From NCBI GenBank assembly GCA_963823015.1, contig CAWGJW010000004.1, positions 540,301 through 604,300 of the forward strand: a stretch of 64,000 nt of DNA, given 5' to 3'. This document shows positions 59,420 to 64,000 of the stretch, piece by piece; the stretch's first letter is position 1, and every line of letters starts with the position of its first letter. The DNA is from an uncultured Actinomycetota bacterium. GTDB taxonomy: Bacteria; Actinomycetota; Actinomycetes; Actinomycetales; Demequinaceae. Below the pieces are notes generated by a model. It saw nothing but the letters and a program-made list of their open reading frames with translations, had not been told where the DNA came from and did not search any database. The translations under genes were made by a program, and so were the position numbers.

Positions 59420-60484
59420 ATGTCCGAACGGCGCGCCCTCCACGGCCCGGGTGAGCTCATCGCCGCGCTCCCCGCCCTCATCGGCCACACCCCGCACGAG
59501 AGCATGATCGTCGTCGGCATCGGCCCCGGAGACCACCTGGTGACCGTGCTCCGCGTCGACCGCCGCGACCTTCTCCAGGCCCAGGTGGCGACGGCGCTGG
59601 GCCGGGGGATCGCCGCGCAGCTCACGCGCGCGTCCGCCCGCGTCGCCGTGCTCGTCAGCTATACGGACGACGACGTCCGGCTCGCCTGTCCCGCCGCCGA
59701 CGCCCTTCGCCCGGCGCTCGACGGCGCCGTCGAGGAGGTCGAGACGTGGGCGGTGCGGCGCGGTCGCTACTTCGCGCCGGGATGCGCCCGGGAGTCGTGC
59801 TGCCCCGCCGGGGGACGCGTCGTCCCCGCCGTCCCGCCGTCGGTGGGCGCCGAACCGCGCGTGCGCGCCGGGCGGCACGAATCGCTCTCGACCGAGCCGG
59901 ACGCCGCGTACCTTGTCGACGAGCCCGCGCGTCGTCGCGTCGCCCGGGCGGGGGAGAGGTGGGCCGCCCGGCGGGAGAAGGACCCGGCCGAATGGCGCCG
60001 GGCGAGCCTCGCGATGTGGTTCGCGGCGATCGACGCGATCGACGACGACGGGTTTCCCGACGATCCGACCTCCGGCAAGATCGTCGCGGCCCTCCAGGAC
60101 CGGCGCGTCCGCGACGCCGCGCTGGTCTCGCTCATCCCGGGGTCCCGCAGTCTCGCCCCGCGGGTGCTCGGCGGAGGCGCGGATCGCGAGGTCTCCGAGG
60201 CGTTGCGGGTGCTCCTGTCCCCGGGGGAGGGCCTCCCCCCGGAGCGGAAGACCGTCGAGCCCGCCTGGGACCTCTGCGCGTGGCTCGCCGCCCGATCCCG
60301 ATCGGACGCGAAGGCGCCCATGCTGACGCTGTGCGCGGTTATCGCCTGGTGGGAGGGCGACGAGGCGTCGTGCGCGGAACTCGTACGCCGGGCGCACGCG
60401 TCGCAGCCGGGCTACCGCCTGGCGGGGCTTCTCGAGTGCACGCTCCTCGCCGGAATCGACCCCGGATGGCGCCGGGCGGCGTGA
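59420..60484 (+). CDS. DUF4192-like protein
   Basis: 354 aa starting ..[26 protein letters not shown]. It is the conserved neighbour upstream of sigA. Confidence 0.65.
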   Translation: MSERRALHGPGELIAALPALIGHTPHESMIVVGIGPGDHLVTVLRVDRRDLLQAQVATALGRGIAAQLTRASARVAVLVSYTDDDVRLACPAADALRPALDGAVEEVETWAVRRGRYFAPGCARESCCPAGGRVVPAVPPSVGAEPRVRAGRHESLSTEPDAAYLVDEPARRRVARAGERWAARREKDPAEWRRASLAMWFAAIDAIDDDGFPDDPTSGKIVAALQDRRVRDAALVSLIPGSRSLAPRVLGGGADREVSEALRVLLSPGEGLPPERKTVEPAWDLCAWLAARSRSDAKAPMLTLCAVIAWWEGDEASCAELVRRAHASQPGYRLAGLLECTLLAGIDPGWRRAA

Positions 60485-60576
60485 CGCGCCAGCGACGCTC
60501 CGGCGTCGAATGGGTGGATTGGCCCGAATATCCGGTGCGGATGCCCGAAAACGCTCTCCCGAGGGGAATCCGTACC

Positions 60577-60605
60577 TTGACTCGCGCGTTACAATTTAAT
60601 GAAAT
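60577..60605 (+). promoter_or_regulatory. putative sigA promoter in an AT-rich patch
   Basis: TTGACT (60577-60582), a 17-nt spacer, then TGAAAT (60600-60605). The patch ttacaatttaatgaaat is strikingly AT-rich for this genome. Confidence 0.3.
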
Positions 60606-60657
60606 CGCGCGACGGCGACCGGCCCGCGCACCACCCCGTTTCCTCGAGAGGTCCTCA

Positions 60658-62139
<1,482 letters not shown>

Positions 62140-62307
62140 ACCGTCGGGCCGCGCCTTTCCCCTCAGCGACGCCTCGCCTTCCTCGACCCTTCACGTGGCG
62201 AGGTAAGGCACACCTTCGCGGGACCAAGGGCTCGGAATCGCCCGCGCGCACGTACCTACCATCGAAGCGTCAAGACGGCGCGCGACGTATGCGTACGTAG
62301 CGCACGG

Positions 62308-63519
62308 ATGCCCAGAGGAGAGCGCCCGATGACCGCACGAACGCCCATGACCATGGCCACGCTTGAGCCCGACGCAGGCCTGCGCGCGGCGCTCGCCCTC
62401 GACCCGCCCGGCGTGATCGCCACGGTGCGCGAATCGGGGATGAAGGGACGCGGCGGCGCGGGATTCCCCACGGGCCTCAAGTGGGAGTTCGCCTCCAAGG
62501 CCGACGCCCCCAACGGTCGCTACGTGGTGTGCAACGCCGACGAGGGCGAGCCCGGAACGTTCAAGGACCGCGTGATCCTCGACCAGTGGCCCGACCTGGT
62601 GTTCGAGGGTATGACGATCGCCGCCTACGCGATCGGCGCGAAGGAGGGCTACCTCTACCTCCGCGGCGAGTACGCGTACATGGAGGAGGCGCTCAACGCG
62701 TGCCTCCAGCGTCGCCGCGAGGCGAACCTCCTCGGCTCCTCGATCATGGGGGAGAAGGGCTTCGACTTCGACATCCACCTTCACCTCGGATCCGGCGCGT
62801 ACGTGTGCGGCGAGGAGACGGCGTTGATCGAGAGCCTCGAGGGCAGCCGCGGCGAGCCGCGCGTCCGCCCGCCGTTCCCGGTGGTCGCCGGCCTCAACAA
62901 CGCGCCCACCACCGTCAACAACGTCGAGACGTTCGTCTGGGCCTCCGCGATCCTCGCCAAGGGCGCGGAGTGGTTCTCCGCGATCGGCACGGAGAACTCC
63001 AAGGGCCCCAAGATGTTCAGCGTCTCGGGCGACGTGACCAACCCGGGCGTCTTCGAGTTCCCGCTCGGCATCACCATCCGCGAGCTCCTCGGAGCCGCGG
63101 GAGGCACCGACGCCAAGGCCGTCATCATCGGCGGGGCGTCCGGCCAGTGCATCCCCGCGGACGACTTCGACCGTCAGATCGCGTACGAGGACGTCTCGAC
63201 CGGCGGCGCCGTCATCGTCATCGGCCCCGACCGCGACCTGCTCGACGTCGCCGAGAACGTCCAGGCGTTCTTCGCCGACGAGTCGTGCGGCCAGTGCACC
63301 CCGTGCCGCGTCGGCAACGTCCGCATCCTCGAGGGCATCCGCGCCCTCAAGTCCGGGGAGTGCACCGAGAAGTACCTCGGCGACCTCGTGAAGCTCGGCG
63401 GCAGCATGCAGATCTCCTCGAAGTGCGGCCTGGGCCAGTCCGCGCCGAACGTGTTCCTGTCCATCGTCAAGCACTACCAGGCCGAGATCCTCGACCGCGA
63501 CGCCGCCACGGTTGTCTGA
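62308..63519 (+). CDS. NuoF-family NAD(H)-binding FMN/4Fe-4S subunit (formate dehydrogenase beta-like)
   Basis: 403 aa with GRGGAGFPTG, NADEGEPGTFKDR and ESCGQCTPCR. Confidence 0.85.
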   Translation: MPRGERPMTARTPMTMATLEPDAGLRAALALDPPGVIATVRESGMKGRGGAGFPTGLKWEFASKADAPNGRYVVCNADEGEPGTFKDRVILDQWPDLVFEGMTIAAYAIGAKEGYLYLRGEYAYMEEALNACLQRRREANLLGSSIMGEKGFDFDIHLHLGSGAYVCGEETALIESLEGSRGEPRVRPPFPVVAGLNNAPTTVNNVETFVWASAILAKGAEWFSAIGTENSKGPKMFSVSGDVTNPGVFEFPLGITIRELLGAAGGTDAKAVIIGGASGQCIPADDFDRQIAYEDVSTGGAVIVIGPDRDLLDVAENVQAFFADESCGQCTPCRVGNVRILEGIRALKSGECTEKYLGDLVKLGGSMQISSKCGLGQSAPNVFLSIVKHYQAEILDRDAATVV

Positions 63520-63551
63520 CGACGCCGCGACCTGAGAACGGAGAATCCGAG

Positions 63552-64000
63552 ATGACCGTGCAAGACGCCAAGACCGGCACCTCGACGGACGAGGTCCTCG
63601 AGACCGTCACCGTCACGCTGGACGGGCAGCAGATCGAGGTTCCGAAGGGGACGACGATCCTCGAGGCGGCCCGCGAGGCCGGGGTCCTCATCCCGACGCT
63701 GTGCCACCACCCCGACCTGCCGGACCCGGCCGTCTGCCGCGTCTGCGTCGTCGAGGTCGCCGGCCAGCGCAACCTCCAGGCCAGCTGCGCCTTCCCGATC
63801 GAGAGCTCGGTCGAGGTGGAGACGCACAGCCCCCGCGTCCGCCAGGCCCGCAAGGACGTCATCGACCTGATGATCTCCGAGCACTACGGCGAGTGCCGCA
63901 CCTGCGCCCGCAACGGCAACTGCGAGCTCCAGGACCTCGCGTCGGAGTACGGCGTCGACGGCTTCGCGTTCGGCCACAAGGAGGAGGCGACCCACTGCCT
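63552..64000 (+). CDS. NuoG/FdhA-like molybdopterin oxidoreductase, N-terminal 2Fe-2S/4Fe-4S part (3' end outside the window)
   Basis: The ATG at 63552 is followed by ..LCHHPDLPDPAVCRVCVVEV..CRTCARNGNCELQ. The ORF is open to the window end. Confidence 0.8.
   Translation, partial: MTVQDAKTGTSTDEVLETVTVTLDGQQIEVPKGTTILEAAREAGVLIPTLCHHPDLPDPAVCRVCVVEVAGQRNLQASCAFPIESSVEVETHSPRVRQARKDVIDLMISEHYGECRTCARNGNCELQDLASEYGVDGFAFGHKEEATHC

Overview
This is a high-GC (about 70-75% by eye) chromosomal core segment of an Actinomycetota genome. Gene order resembles Micrococcales and Mycobacterium: glnE-glnA, lipA-lipB, an MMPL transporter, sucB-lpd-pepA, pyrD, nadA, erpA, ctaCDF, sodA, qcrBAC-ctaE, trpD, fadD, glk, plsC, pfp, aroG, a PASTA Ser/Thr kinase, a polyprenyl synthase, DUF4192, sigA and a NuoF/FdhA-like pair. 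I recognised no rRNA, tRNA, CRISPR array, transposase or integrase. Three things stand out. (1) A 9.5-kb lower-GC island (29.7-39.2 kb) sits between ctaCDF and sodA-qcrBAC. In its left half each small orphan gene is separated by a same-orientation junction repeat. Three hairpins with an identical 20-nt loop but different, compensated stems lie at its two edges and near its centre. The island carries a HEPN-like protein, a UvrA class-II paralogue and a secreted repeat-rich polymorphic toxin with an ART-like C-terminus and an overlapping immunity-like gene. (2) A complete, translationally coupled AmmeMemoRadiSam operon (amrB-amrA-amrS), whose function is unknown. (3) A 13-kb block (41.2-54.3 kb) where almost every housekeeping gene is broken by small indels while embedded genes stay intact. 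This is most likely a sequence-quality artefact, but it would matter biologically if real. Several families of intergenic palindromic or tandem repeats occupy convergent gene gaps. All coordinates and frame-switch positions were traced by hand and are approximate to about 10 nt where stated.
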